A stretch of DNA of 64,000 nucleotides from a virus. Under the pieces are notes generated by a model. It ran no database searches and had not been told where the DNA came from. It saw nothing but the letters and a program-made list of their open reading frames with translations. Where the stretch lies: the IMG/VR virus record IMGVR_UViG_3300018080_000099, positions 128,001-192,000 of that record. One strand, given 5' to 3'. A program made the position numbers and the translations under genes. Below are positions 8,418 to 17,966 of the stretch, in pieces. Positions within the stretch are counted from its first letter, which is position 1. Every line of letters starts with the position of its first letter.

Positions 8418-9238
8418 TTCTTTTCCTTTTCAGCTTTCTTAAACATCTTTTCAAGTTTCTTACGGTTTTCCTTGAGGATTCTCTTGGTCTTCGTAATGGA
8501 AAGCTTCATCTCCCCGGCAGTCTTGCGAATTGACTTCAGGCCTACATACTGATTCAGAACCTTGTTGATGGTGGCAGTGGAAATCTTTTCTTCCTCTACC
8601 TTTTTTTCCGCCTTCTTCAGCATCCCTGATTTCTTCATTCGGCGGAACTCACGAGCAAGCGCCCGTGCCATCCTTCTTTTCATGGCTCTGTTTACACGAC
8701 CTTGCAGTCTTTGTGCATCATAGAAAGACTCACGCATTTTTTCGGTTTCGGACTTTCCGCGGAACAGGCAACGACATGGAATAGGCATCTTTGTCTGTGA
8801 GTCCATTCCTTCATAACCTCTTCCGTAGCACTTGTTACAGCTCGGCTTTGGGTCATGAATGTCGTGGTTGTTCTGCTTCGCAATAGCTTTGATTATCTCA
8901 AAAGGAGTTAGGTCCTCTTTGTTGATAACCTTACCCGAACCCGTGTCAACAAAAGCATCTGCGGCTTCTGGAACCTCATACTGACTGCCGGTAAGCAGTC
9001 CGCCAGACTCGTAGTCATCGTCAAAGGAGCCCGGCTTGAACATACCAGCTTCTTCAGGAAGTTCTTCATCCTTGGAATCTTCAACGATGCGGTCGACGAA
9101 TACATCCGCGGCAGCTGGGTCGGCTTCAAAAGCCTTATCGCCTTTCAGGAGTTTTTTGATTTCCTCTTTGTCTTTATCCTTGGTGAAATCGGACAGATTG
9201 ACCTGTTCATCATCACCATAGTTTTTTCTCTTAGCCAT
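8414..9238 (-). CDS. Hypothetical Lys-rich protein with a Cys4 cluster (possible clamp-loader accessory)
   Basis: 274 aa. CNKCYGRG...CRC. Sits between the clamp and clamp-loader genes. Confidence 0.35.
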   Translation of the reverse strand: MAKRKNYGDDEQVNLSDFTKDKDKEEIKKLLKGDKAFEADPAAADVFVDRIVEDSKDEELPEEAGMFKPGSFDDDYESGGLLTGSQYEVPEAADAFVDTGSGKVINKEDLTPFEIIKAIAKQNNHDIHDPKPSCNKCYGRGYEGMDSQTKMPIPCRCLFRGKSETEKMRESFYDAQRLQGRVNRAMKRRMARALAREFRRMKKSGMLKKAEKKVEEEKISTATINKVLNQYVGLKSIRKTAGEMKLSITKTKRILKENRKKLEKMFKKAEKEKK

Positions 9239-9336
9239 TTGTTCTCCTTATTGAATCGCACCCGAAAGTATCATACCAGCGAACACTGTTACGATGAATA
9301 AAGTCACCGTCAACAAAGCTAAAGCCTTGTTGGACA

Positions 9337-10041
9337 TTACGACTTAATCCTTCCGGTGTAAACGTCAAGCGTCATCTTTTCGTCCACCAATGAGATACGG
9401 ACGAAACCCTGCTTCTTTATCTCAATCTGATAGTCACGCTTCTGAGGGAACTGCTCGAATGTGTCAGAGAAGATAACGAAGTCTACTTCTTCGTCAGCAT
9501 TGTTGGACAGATTCTCAACCTCAAACTCCTTCTCGAAAGTATTGTCGTGAAGGTTGTTGAAAATCTTAATGGTAATCTTGTCACCCTTGCCGAATATCTG
9601 AGCCTTCTTGGGCTTGATAAGGTTTATCATTCTGATAAACTCATCGTGGTCGGATGCCTTAAACTTGAAGCGAATGTCCGGGTCGGTGAAGTTAATGGAC
9701 TTCGGACCGGGAGGAATTGCTTCAGGGTTGGACATAAGATAAACTGTTCTTGCACTCCCGTCTTTCATATTGACTTTCTTGTTGTCAATCGAAAGCTCAG
9801 GAGAGTTGACGAATGCCTTCAAATACTGATAGAACTCATTGTAGTTGTAGAAGGCAACTTGTTCATCCTTGAAATCGAAGTATTCCTTCGGTGCAGTGAG
9901 TTCATACGCAATGGTAGACTCAGAGTCGGCACGACGGACAACAACCTTCTTTTCCTCTTTATCCAACACAACAGCATTGTTGATGGAAGTCAAGTCTTTC
10001 AGGATGTCAAAAAGTTCTGCATTGTAATTAACTGTACCCAT
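9337..10041 (-). CDS. Sliding clamp (T4 gp45-like)
   Basis: 234 aa (T4 gp45 is 228 aa). Lies immediately upstream of the clamp loader in its transcription unit. Acidic, with a similar N-terminal pattern. Confidence 0.5.
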   Translation of the reverse strand: MGTVNYNAELFDILKDLTSINNAVVLDKEEKKVVVRRADSESTIAYELTAPKEYFDFKDEQVAFYNYNEFYQYLKAFVNSPELSIDNKKVNMKDGSARTVYLMSNPEAIPPGPKSINFTDPDIRFKFKASDHDEFIRMINLIKPKKAQIFGKGDKITIKIFNNLHDNTFEKEFEVENLSNNADEEVDFVIFSDTFEQFPQKRDYQIEIKKQGFVRISLVDEKMTLDVYTGRIKS

Positions 10042-10077
10042 GTCAAACTCCTTTGCTTAGGGTTGTTCTTTATTGTA

Positions 10078-10106
10078 AATATAACATCTTCTTAGGAAAC
10101 TGTCAA
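10078..10106 (-). promoter_or_regulatory. Conserved early promoter (TTGACA-17-TGtTATATT)
   Basis: Minus strand: TTGACAgtttcctaagaagatgtTATATT, about 30 nt upstream of the clamp gene start. Confidence 0.6.
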
Positions 10107-10116
10107 TATGCTAAGT

Positions 10117-10548
10117 TTATTTGATAGGCTTTTTGTGACCCATGTATATCCATTCGTTGTCCTCTGTATCAAAGACTTCAAGCTCATGCTCAACATCTCG
10201 GTTGATTGCCTTTTCAGAAGTGAACTTCTCTGGATACCTTCTTTGTAGTTTGCTAATGTTCCTTGTCATAATATCGTCCAGTGAGACTTCCATTACGTCA
10301 GCAGCGACACCGGCATACCACAACAAGTCACCAACTTCTTCCTGTGCATTCACCCAGTCCAACTCCTTGCCGTAGAACAAATGCTTTTTAAGCATGTCGG
10401 CAAGTTCTCCAGCTTCTGTGACTGCACCAAGAGCGGCATGGAGAAGTCGAAGGGTTTTGTCGTTCTTTAGTCTTTCAAGAACTTTGGTCAAGTCACAGGA
10501 CTCGGTTCTCAAAACATTTTCAACGTAGTTCTCCGAATTGATTCTCAT
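10117..10548 (-). CDS. MazG-like nucleoside triphosphate pyrophosphohydrolase
   Basis: EAGELADMLKK together with EEVGDLLWY, the EExGDLL MazG/HisE motif pair. Confidence 0.75.
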   Translation of the reverse strand: MRINSENYVENVLRTESCDLTKVLERLKNDKTLRLLHAALGAVTEAGELADMLKKHLFYGKELDWVNAQEEVGDLLWYAGVAADVMEVSLDDIMTRNISKLQRRYPEKFTSEKAINRDVEHELEVFDTEDNEWIYMGHKKPIK

Positions 10549-10898
10549 TAATTCTCCTTAGTATCGGAAAAAATGCTTTTATTATCTAACTCCTCACAAA
10601 TACCATATAGAGTTTTCCACAAAACCATAGTGTCCTCATCAATAGCCCACCTATCAGTCTTTATGGTAAAGTAGAATCCTCCACCACCGTCATGAAACTC
10701 AACTTCCATGTCTTGGGCTTCTTCGTTTGAACGTCCACAACAATCCTCGTCCTGTGTGAGGTCGAGTTTCATACCGCAAACGTAAACTCCTTTAGGCAGT
10801 TTCAGATTCATCAGATTCTTCCCTCTCAATTTGTTCAATAAGGATTTGCTTAACCTTCTGGTTGAAGGTGATGTCATCGGCATGTGCGAGTTCGGCAA
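10548..10898 (-). CDS. Hypothetical protein
   Basis: 116-aa ORF. Confidence 0.4.
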   Translation of the reverse strand: MPNSHMPMTSPSTRRLSKSLLNKLRGKNLMNLKLPKGVYVCGMKLDLTQDEDCCGRSNEEAQDMEVEFHDGGGGFYFTIKTDRWAIDEDTMVLWKTLYGICEELDNKSIFSDTKEN

Positions 10899-11091
10899 TC
10901 TTCATGAACACGTCATCCTTAATATCGACATCAATGTTCACACCGTCTTTGACTGTGAGCCATTCATCACGGACCCTTTCGATTTGCTCGATTGCGTTTT
11001 GAGCGTATGCGTTTAAGGAACCATCAATGGCTTCAACATTATCAATAGCCTGATTAAGTAATTCAATAGCTTCTTGCTTGGTCTTTATCAT
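10792..11091 (-). CDS. Hypothetical protein. True start is the internal ATG (MIKTKQ...), not 11184.
   Basis: The promoter at 11108-11138 and the RBS GGAGATTGATATG sit just upstream of the ATG at 11091. The longer track ORF would run through the promoter and overlap the RNR stop. Confidence 0.45.
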   Translation of the reverse strand: MIKTKQEAIELLNQAIDNVEAIDGSLNAYAQNAIEQIERVRDEWLTVKDGVNIDVDIKDDVFMKIAELAHADDITFNQKVKQILIEQIEREESDESETA

Positions 11092-11107
11092 ATCAATCTC
11101 CTTTGTA

Positions 11108-11138
11108 AAAAGATAACATTTTCTTAGGATATTGTCAA
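11108..11138 (-). promoter_or_regulatory. Conserved early promoter
   Basis: Minus strand: TTGACAatatcctaagaaaatgtTATCTT. Confidence 0.55.
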
Positions 11139-11159
11139 CGGAAAACCTGTAATAAGTTT

Positions 11160-13730
11160 TTAACCACAACCAGCATAACCACATTGCTTACAAACAAAAC
11201 AACCGGATTCCATGACAAGAGTTGAACCGCATTCGGGGCAATTCATCCCGACAATCTCCCGTCCATCATCAATCGTTGTACCAATGAATTTACGAACTGC
11301 TGTCAATAGAGATGAAACATTGTCACCATCAATTCCTGTAAGAGCCACCAAAATGTCCTCTCTCGGAATGTTGTGGCGTAAGCAAAGCGAAATCATTCTA
11401 GCTAGTCTGTTGTGAGGCATATCGCCCAAACACTTCTCCCAGTTATCGTCAATAATCTTGCCACGAATACCACAGCCACGAGCAAGATTGTCCAAAGAAC
11501 GACAAGCTCTGTTACATGCAATTGCTTCCTTCTTCGCATTGGTGTGAATCCACATGCAAACCGGATACTTCATGTTGCCATCGTCTGGAAGATAACTGAA
11601 ATGAATGTAGAACTTGGCTCCTTCACGCTTGATAGTCGTTGTCGGTCCATTGATGAATACTTCAGGAAGCTTGAGGTCTTCCTTGATAATCTTGCGTTCC
11701 TTTTCAGCTTCTTGGAGGTATTCAAGAACGGACTCCATAGAACCCTGACGATAAGTCGTGAAACCTACCAATCCTCGTTTCCATGCATCCATGTAAAGGT
11801 TCTTGAATTTGCTAAAAGGATATGTTTTAGGAATGTTACATGTCTTTGATACTGATTGGTTACAATACTTCTGAACTATCTGCTGGACATTGAGATGGTC
11901 CTCAATTTCAAGGCTGTTCGTAGTTACAATGAAGTCATCATTCTTCTTTTCAGGGAAATTGTCCAGAATCCACTGATAACCATAGTCACGAACGATGTTG
12001 ACTTTGCAGAGTCCGCGGTTGTGAGGTTCGTAGTAATACTTAATACCGTTGTATTCACCTTCCCAATATGTGAAGTCTTTCTGACTCTTTTCCTTCAGGA
12101 TTTCCTTCACATTGTTGGCATCCATTCCTTCAGGCCAGTCACAGATAACCTTACGTTCGTATTCAAGCTCAAAGACAGGCTCAATGCCGTTGGAAACATT
12201 GTCACAGATGACTGAGGAGTTTCCAAGTGGTGGATTGGTGGTTGTCTTAGCATTACGAGCACCGAACTTCATTATCATTTCTTTGGTGTCATCCCAAAGG
12301 ACACTAGACTTGAAGTACTTGGTGTTGGTGAATTCTTCTTTGTTGTAGAGTGGGAATACGCCTTTCTCCTTAGCGAGTTGTGCGGAAGTCTGCCATGTGA
12401 TGTTTTCCTTCTTCTCCACGAGTTCCTTGATAAAGCTCAGGGCCTTCTTGGAGTTGTAGGGTATACCTAGCATGATGAGTGCCGAACCAACTCCGTTCAA
12501 TCCCATACCGAACTGTCTATGCTGACGGACAGATTCTTCATAAGCTGGGAGAGGAAGTGATGTCAAGTCGTTCACGTTGTCCAGCATTCGGGCAAACACC
12601 TTAATGTCTTTCTCGTATTGCTCCCAGTTGAATGTCGGATTACCGTCAACGATTTCGACATACTGGGTAACATTGAGAGAGCCCAGAAGGCATACGGTTG
12701 TGGATTTAGGATTACCGGGAATTTCCCCACAAGGATTCGTGCAGTCACAATCACCAAGATACTGAACAGGATTGTTCTTCTTCATGTTGTCAAAGAACAG
12801 TACTCCCGGTTCACCACGGTTGTATGTGGACTTCATAATCAAGTCATAAAGAGCACGAGCCTTTATGCGTTTGTAAACCTTCCCCTTGAAGTGTAAGTCA
12901 TAAAGTTCGTTGGCATCCACAGCTTTCATGAACTTGTCATCTATGAGGACGCTCATATTGAACTTCGTAAGCTTTCCTGATTCCTGTTTGACACGAATGA
13001 ATTCCTCAATGTCTGGATGCCAGACTGGAAGAGCACCAAGCATGGCACCCTTACGAGTCTGCTTCTTGGTGATTCCTACGACTTCCTCGAACTCTTCTGG
13101 GGATAGATGGTTCTTGAGCAAGTCTGCATAACCGTCGTTGTCACCTTTTACGATACATTCAGAAACAGCATCCCATATCTCCATATATGAGACAACACCG
13201 GGATGCCTGATGCCGGTGCCTTTGATAATCGCTCCTCTTGGACGGATGAAGCCGAAGTTAATTCCATATCCACCTTCAGAAGCTAGAGTTTTTGCTTGCT
13301 CCAAAATGGTAAGGAAAATGTTGATAATGTCATCAGGGTTGTCGGTGGTTTTCATTTTCATTGAAACTGGCTTACCATTGAACTGACGATTGTATTTGAC
13401 TTCAGCATCGGAGACTGGTCCGTTGATGAAGCAGTTCATCATGGTAGCGCGTTTATATGATGTCCCGGCGTTTGAAGTAATTCTCCCACCCGTGGTACAT
13501 TTCAGTCCTTCAAAGCCTCCGTTACCATCTGATTTCATCAGTGTTTGGAAGAATTTTTGTTCCCATGCTTCGGGTTCTTTTTCTACTGATGCAAGCGCAC
13601 GAGCAACTCTTTGAAATGTTTCAACTGGTGTTTCTTCACCGAACTGGTACTTTCTTCCCCAGTTCTCATAAGCTAAAGCAGTTTTGAAAAAATTTCCATT
13701 CTCCATAAAGATTCCCTTCCTAAAAAGCAA
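11160..13730 (-). CDS. nrdJ: Ribonucleotide reductase, class II (adenosylcobalamin-type) with a C-terminal zinc-finger tail
   Basis: Active-site TNPCGEI motif (Cys-x-Glu, typical of class I/II); 856-aa single chain; C-terminal CPECGS...CFVCKQCGYAGCG Cys-rich tail as described for many class II RNRs. Confidence 0.65.
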   Translation of the reverse strand: MLFRKGIFMENGNFFKTALAYENWGRKYQFGEETPVETFQRVARALASVEKEPEAWEQKFFQTLMKSDGNGGFEGLKCTTGGRITSNAGTSYKRATMMNCFINGPVSDAEVKYNRQFNGKPVSMKMKTTDNPDDIINIFLTILEQAKTLASEGGYGINFGFIRPRGAIIKGTGIRHPGVVSYMEIWDAVSECIVKGDNDGYADLLKNHLSPEEFEEVVGITKKQTRKGAMLGALPVWHPDIEEFIRVKQESGKLTKFNMSVLIDDKFMKAVDANELYDLHFKGKVYKRIKARALYDLIMKSTYNRGEPGVLFFDNMKKNNPVQYLGDCDCTNPCGEIPGNPKSTTVCLLGSLNVTQYVEIVDGNPTFNWEQYEKDIKVFARMLDNVNDLTSLPLPAYEESVRQHRQFGMGLNGVGSALIMLGIPYNSKKALSFIKELVEKKENITWQTSAQLAKEKGVFPLYNKEEFTNTKYFKSSVLWDDTKEMIMKFGARNAKTTTNPPLGNSSVICDNVSNGIEPVFELEYERKVICDWPEGMDANNVKEILKEKSQKDFTYWEGEYNGIKYYYEPHNRGLCKVNIVRDYGYQWILDNFPEKKNDDFIVTTNSLEIEDHLNVQQIVQKYCNQSVSKTCNIPKTYPFSKFKNLYMDAWKRGLVGFTTYRQGSMESVLEYLQEAEKERKIIKEDLKLPEVFINGPTTTIKREGAKFYIHFSYLPDDGNMKYPVCMWIHTNAKKEAIACNRACRSLDNLARGCGIRGKIIDDNWEKCLGDMPHNRLARMISLCLRHNIPREDILVALTGIDGDNVSSLLTAVRKFIGTTIDDGREIVGMNCPECGSTLVMESGCFVCKQCGYAGCG

Positions 13731-14109
13731 CGGAACCGTCAGGTTCTATATGCCAGCCTTGGTCGAGGTAGTGCCACACACCCGGAAATGCCTGAGCGGT
13801 ATCAGGCAAAAGCTGACGCATTTTCTCTCTGCCGATTTCGTTAAAGCTGTGAATGACTACATGTGTGTTTTGTAAGTGCGGTTGTTCGACCATCCACTTT
13901 GCAAGTTGATAGCCGGTGTTAGGTTCTTCGGAGTCCACATAGATTCTACCGTCGAGGTCATGGTCGAGGAATGCTACATTCCATTCACCTTCGCGGAGGT
14001 AGGTCTTGGCTTCGTCCACGTTGGAGCAAACAACCACTTCGTGTCCTATCATATTCCTTCTGAACACACGGACACGAGTAGGGTCATCTTCAAGAATAAA
14101 AATTCTCAT
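13720..14109 (-). CDS. Stand-alone CheY-like receiver (REC) domain protein
   Basis: ILEDDP acidic pocket, FLDHDLDG with the phospho-acceptor Asp, and IHSF with the conserved Ser/Thr. 129 aa with no output domain. Confidence 0.6.
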   Translation of the reverse strand: MRIFILEDDPTRVRVFRRNMIGHEVVVCSNVDEAKTYLREGEWNVAFLDHDLDGRIYVDSEEPNTGYQLAKWMVEQPHLQNTHVVIHSFNEIGREKMRQLLPDTAQAFPGVWHYLDQGWHIEPDGSVAF

Positions 14110-14116
14110 AGTTGTC

Positions 14117-14566
14117 CTATTCGAATAAGTCTTTTTCAGTTACGATTTTCCAAGTGAGCCCGCGCTTGGCACAGAACTTCATTGCGCTTTGCCACTTGGA
14201 TTGATTAACCACATACATCTCAGTCTCGACCATATATCGCTTCAGTCGTTTCTGATTTCGGTTCTTAGGTTTTTGAGGCGGTTCAGTCTGCTTGGAAGGC
14301 TTGACTTCTGCCAAGTACTTCTTCACAGAACCATCCGGCTGTTTGATTTCAAGGTAGAAGTCCGGGTAATATCTTTGGACTTTATTTGTGACGGGATTAA
14401 AATACTTAATGTCAATCACTTCATATCCCCACTTAAGGACATTTACATTGTGGTCGCACCAGTAACAAAACCTACTTTCCCACGAACTACGAAACCGTGG
14501 GTTTTTATGACCCAAGTACTTATCCTTGTTTTCTACCTGATATTCGCCGTGATAGTATTTAAGCAT
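14117..14566 (-). CDS. Hypothetical protein
   Basis: 149-aa ORF. Confidence 0.45.
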   Translation of the reverse strand: MLKYYHGEYQVENKDKYLGHKNPRFRSSWESRFCYWCDHNVNVLKWGYEVIDIKYFNPVTNKVQRYYPDFYLEIKQPDGSVKKYLAEVKPSKQTEPPQKPKNRNQKRLKRYMVETEMYVVNQSKWQSAMKFCAKRGLTWKIVTEKDLFE

Positions 14567-14567
14567 T

Positions 14568-15503
14568 TTACCTCAGAGCCTTAATTGAGTCGGCGTAGTT
14601 CTGCCAGTCTGTCATCAACTTTTGGAGTCTGTGCTTAGAGAAAAATGCCATCAGTTTGCTACTATCAATGTCCTCAATTTCATAATTACCAAATGTATTT
14701 AGTATGTTCTTTGCCAATTCCGGAGGTATAAAATCGAAGTCTATGAGTTTTCTATTCCGGACATAATTCTCCTTAATTTCTTCATTACCCGGAGCGTCCA
14801 AATAGTCTTGTAATCCTGCCTTTAGAATCTTTTCGGCAGTGGCTGGACCACACATTTTCTTAACGGCAGGAATCCCGTCACCTTTATCCCCCGTGAGCAA
14901 CTTCACATCCAATTCCTTCTTTGGATTGACACATTGAACCATTTTGTTCTTAATCGGGTCAAACTGCTCAATGTTCGGATTTGTCAGGAGCTGATGTAAG
15001 TCCTTGTCGGTAGATACAATGATAACCTTATGGTCTTTGAACTTCTGCTTACACAGGATAGCAATGGTATCATCAGCTTCAGCCTTCGGTATCTCTAAGA
15101 CATAAACTTTACGGAAAGTATCGGCAATATCCTCTCTGAACTCATTGAACACAGGGAAGAACTTCTCGAAGTTCACAATTGCCTTATCCCGCGCACCTTT
15201 ACGGTTAGATTTGTAATCTGAATAGACTTCGTACCGCCAACTTCCCTTCACATCAAATGCAAGCACAACTCTCTCAGGATTGAACTTCTGAATAGTTTGA
15301 AAGAAGCTATTCATGAACAAATGACGCCAGAAATAGAACTGGTCGTTATCTTCAGGATTCATGAAAATGGCTGAAAACAGGGTTCTATAAGCCATGTTGT
15401 GTCCGTCAAAAATCAGAGTTACAGCTCTGTCCTGAGCCGCCTGCTTATCTTCCTCGGAGAAAAGGTCTAACAAACTATTTTTCTGCATGGTACTCCTCCT
15501 CAT
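14568..15503 (-). CDS. 5'-3' exonuclease / RNase H (FEN family, T4 rnh-like)
   Basis: LIFDGHNMAYR and EADDTIAIL motifs of the PIN/H3TH flap-endonuclease family. 311 aa (T4 RNase H is 305 aa). Confidence 0.8.
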   Translation of the reverse strand: MRRSTMQKNSLLDLFSEEDKQAAQDRAVTLIFDGHNMAYRTLFSAIFMNPEDNDQFYFWRHLFMNSFFQTIQKFNPERVVLAFDVKGSWRYEVYSDYKSNRKGARDKAIVNFEKFFPVFNEFREDIADTFRKVYVLEIPKAEADDTIAILCKQKFKDHKVIIVSTDKDLHQLLTNPNIEQFDPIKNKMVQCVNPKKELDVKLLTGDKGDGIPAVKKMCGPATAEKILKAGLQDYLDAPGNEEIKENYVRNRKLIDFDFIPPELAKNILNTFGNYEIEDIDSSKLMAFFSKHRLQKLMTDWQNYADSIKALR

Positions 15504-16059
15504 ATTGCTTCAAGGATTTTATTGGAAATTTGTATTTTTTCAGTTTTCTTGCTTTCAATGTGTACTTTGCTTCCTCGGCAACAAATGTTTGAGCAAACAA
15601 ACACTTCTTTGGACCGTAAGGAACAATTTTCTGGACGTATATTTTATGCTTCTGGAACATCCACTTCTGATTAATGGTGAACAGTCTTTGCATATTGTTC
15701 ATATCAAAAGAAGGTTTTACTTCGATTACAGACCGTTGACCGTTACAAATGAAGGGGGCTTTAAGCTTTGAACCGAAAGCGAGACTCTGATAAAATATCC
15801 CTGAAGCTTTTGCGTTCCAATACACTTCAAAGTCAGGTGTGTAGATATGTCCCTGTAGCAGTGTTGACCTCATCCACTTCTCTTTGGTTTTCAGTTGCTT
15901 CTTCCAGTCATATATTTCTGGAGCCGATAACTCGTATGAGTCCGGTTGATAGCTGAAAAGGTCAACGTATCCGTTGTCCTTCAGCTCGACAAGATACTGA
16001 TAGAAGCGAACTTCTTCTTCTGAATCAAACTCAATGTTGTTGTACAGTATCTGAGGCAT
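15475..16059 (-). CDS. Hypothetical protein
   Basis: 194-aa ORF. Confidence 0.45.
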   Translation of the reverse strand: MPQILYNNIEFDSEEEVRFYQYLVELKDNGYVDLFSYQPDSYELSAPEIYDWKKQLKTKEKWMRSTLLQGHIYTPDFEVYWNAKASGIFYQSLAFGSKLKAPFICNGQRSVIEVKPSFDMNNMQRLFTINQKWMFQKHKIYVQKIVPYGPKKCLFAQTFVAEEAKYTLKARKLKKYKFPIKSLKQYEEEYHAEK

Positions 16060-16264
16060 AACCTTCTTCCTTAAAATAAATTAGTCTAATCGGGTCGTAG
16101 AATGCGTCATTACAATCCCTCATTTTGACAGCATCCAAAAGCATTTCCTTGACTTTGGGAACTTCTACGTTGTGGAATCCGAAAGTAGTTGAGATTCCCC
16201 AAGGGTTCGTAAAGGTTCCTTCCCACTCGTCAATGCTGACATGCTTGATACTCCAATACATCAT
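16031..16264 (-). CDS. Small hypothetical protein
   Basis: 77-aa ORF. Confidence 0.3.
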   Translation of the reverse strand: MMYWSIKHVSIDEWEGTFTNPWGISTTFGFHNVEVPKVKEMLLDAVKMRDCNDAFYDPIRLIYFKEEGYASDTVQQH

Positions 16265-16731
16265 ACGTGCTTCAACCTTCGACTTGCAATGATATACTTA
16301 CGATAGATTCCACCGTCCTCATTCCATCCGTGCCGAGACCACTCCTTCACCATGTAACGAAGTACCCGTACAACGTCCTTCATCCCGAGCTTCTTAGATT
16401 TGTTGAGAGCCCATCGGTGTGCTGTGTATTCAGCTTGTGAGCCCCTATCCTTGTTGTTCTTGGCATGTCCAATCTCATGCATCATGACTGCCTTGAGCAC
16501 ATCGTCAGGATATGTATGGTTGAATGCCGAACGGTTGATAGCGAGTAGCATAATCTTCTGTCCCTCGTATTCAAGGGGAACACAGTTGGCTCCATGTTCT
16601 CCGATATTCTCTCTGAATTCCTTATCGCTAAAGTACCGAATACTAACCATCGTATCCGGCAGGAATTTCTCAATGAACTTTTCAAGCTGTGCTTTTTTCA
16701 TACCAACTCCTTTGTCAACTCTTTGTAGCAC
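16261..16731 (-). CDS. Small zinc metallopeptidase (HEIGH; ImmA/IrrE-like)
   Basis: MMHEIGHAKNN HExxH motif in a 156-aa protein. Confidence 0.45.
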   Translation of the reverse strand: MLQRVDKGVGMKKAQLEKFIEKFLPDTMVSIRYFSDKEFRENIGEHGANCVPLEYEGQKIMLLAINRSAFNHTYPDDVLKAVMMHEIGHAKNNKDRGSQAEYTAHRWALNKSKKLGMKDVVRVLRYMVKEWSRHGWNEDGGIYRKYIIASRRLKHV

Positions 16732-16886
16732 TCTTCTATCAATTGAATTTTGTCTTTGATAGACTTAACAGATGACATCGTTCCGTGGTATGTATCTGCT
16801 ATTTCAGCCTGTCTGATATTCTCTCTGGCTTCTGACAAAGCCGAACTAAGCAGGCCTTGAAGAAATGTAATTTGTTCCTTGGTCAT
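16698..16886 (-). CDS. Small hypothetical protein
   Basis: 62-aa ORF filling the gap between its neighbours. Confidence 0.3.
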   Translation of the reverse strand: MTKEQITFLQGLLSSALSEARENIRQAEIADTYHGTMSSVKSIKDKIQLIEECYKELTKELV

Positions 16887-17890
16887 ATGAAGTAAACCTT
16901 GTTGTAGATTGAGTTCGTAAAGAACGGTTTCAGTTCCTCAAATGTAAACTTGTCTCTATTCAAATGAATGATAGCTTCGTTCACATCCCACTTCTCCTTT
17001 TCAGGGAGACTATATTTCTTCATGAACCATTTCCAGCAAAAAACATGCTTGCCTTTCTCCAACAGTTCAATGACTTTTTTTCTCGTTTCTTCAGTCGTAT
17101 CAAAGTCAATCAGATAGTACTTATGCTTAAAATCGTCAAGCAGTTTATCTTCTAGTTTGACTCCTGTCATGGCGATTGAGTTCTCCACAAAGATGCTGTC
17201 AATCGGACCTTCCAGTATGACGACTGGTTTCTCTTTGTCAACGTGGAAGTAGTTGTAGATGCTATTATGGTTGCCTGCTCTTGACAGATATTTGAGTTCC
17301 ATATGTTCTAACAGGGCTCGGCCTTGATAGTAGTAAATCATTCCCTTATCATCGTAGAATGGAATGATGAGCCTGTTCTTGTACATTCCGTCAGTGGCAA
17401 CAAACCATTTGTGCCAAATTTGTTCGGGTATTCTTCTTCGCTTACAGAGCCCTATTGCTTTAGCGAACAGCGCAGTCTTGCCTTCCAGAATGTGAATGAA
17501 GTGCTGCGTATGCTTGCGTTCGTTGCTTTTTCTTTTGGGCTTCCTGATTGTCGGGTTCTTGACATTTTGTTCCTTCTTTTCCTTATCTCTTGCATTGAGT
17601 CTCATTACCTCGGAGATGTAGTCTTTGAAATGGAGAGGAAAGAATTCCTTCATCCACAGGGTTACAGGCTTGCTGTAGAAACAGTTGTGACAGTAGACTC
17701 TCCACGGTTCGTCTTTAGTCAGGATGTAACCACGTCTTTTGTATTTGGACTTCTTTGAGTCGCCACAGACATTGCATCGGAAGTTATACTGATTGTGTCC
17801 GGGAATATGTCCGGGGTCGATGTAGCCAAGAATCATTTTGATTTGACGTTCAAGAGCTACACCATTATTGATGACTTTTCGAAAGTCCAT
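16883..17890 (-). CDS. DNA primase (T4 gp61-like; zinc ribbon plus TOPRIM)
   Basis: N-terminal CNVCGD...CHNC zinc ribbon and a TOPRIM-like ILEGPIDS. 335 aa (T4 gp61 is 342 aa). Confidence 0.65.
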   Translation of the reverse strand: MDFRKVINNGVALERQIKMILGYIDPGHIPGHNQYNFRCNVCGDSKKSKYKRRGYILTKDEPWRVYCHNCFYSKPVTLWMKEFFPLHFKDYISEVMRLNARDKEKKEQNVKNPTIRKPKRKSNERKHTQHFIHILEGKTALFAKAIGLCKRRRIPEQIWHKWFVATDGMYKNRLIIPFYDDKGMIYYYQGRALLEHMELKYLSRAGNHNSIYNYFHVDKEKPVVILEGPIDSIFVENSIAMTGVKLEDKLLDDFKHKYYLIDFDTTEETRKKVIELLEKGKHVFCWKWFMKKYSLPEKEKWDVNEAIIHLNRDKFTFEELKPFFTNSIYNKVYFI

Positions 17891-17966
17891 CGCTTATCTC
17901 CAAAAAAGAGGGAGAGCCTGTTGACAGACTCCCCCTTCAAATAAACCAATCTGATAACCAACTTTC

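Noticed and set aside
10792-11184. Full 130-aa version of the ORF ending at 11184
   Set aside because: The N-terminal extension runs through a conserved promoter and abuts the RNR stop. The internal ATG at 11091 has a conserved RBS context.
11160-11230. Glycyl-radical (class III NrdD) interpretation of the RNR C-terminal CGY
   Set aside because: The catalytic core carries the NPCGEI motif of class I/II enzymes, and there is no activase. The Cys-rich tail fits the class II zinc-finger tail.
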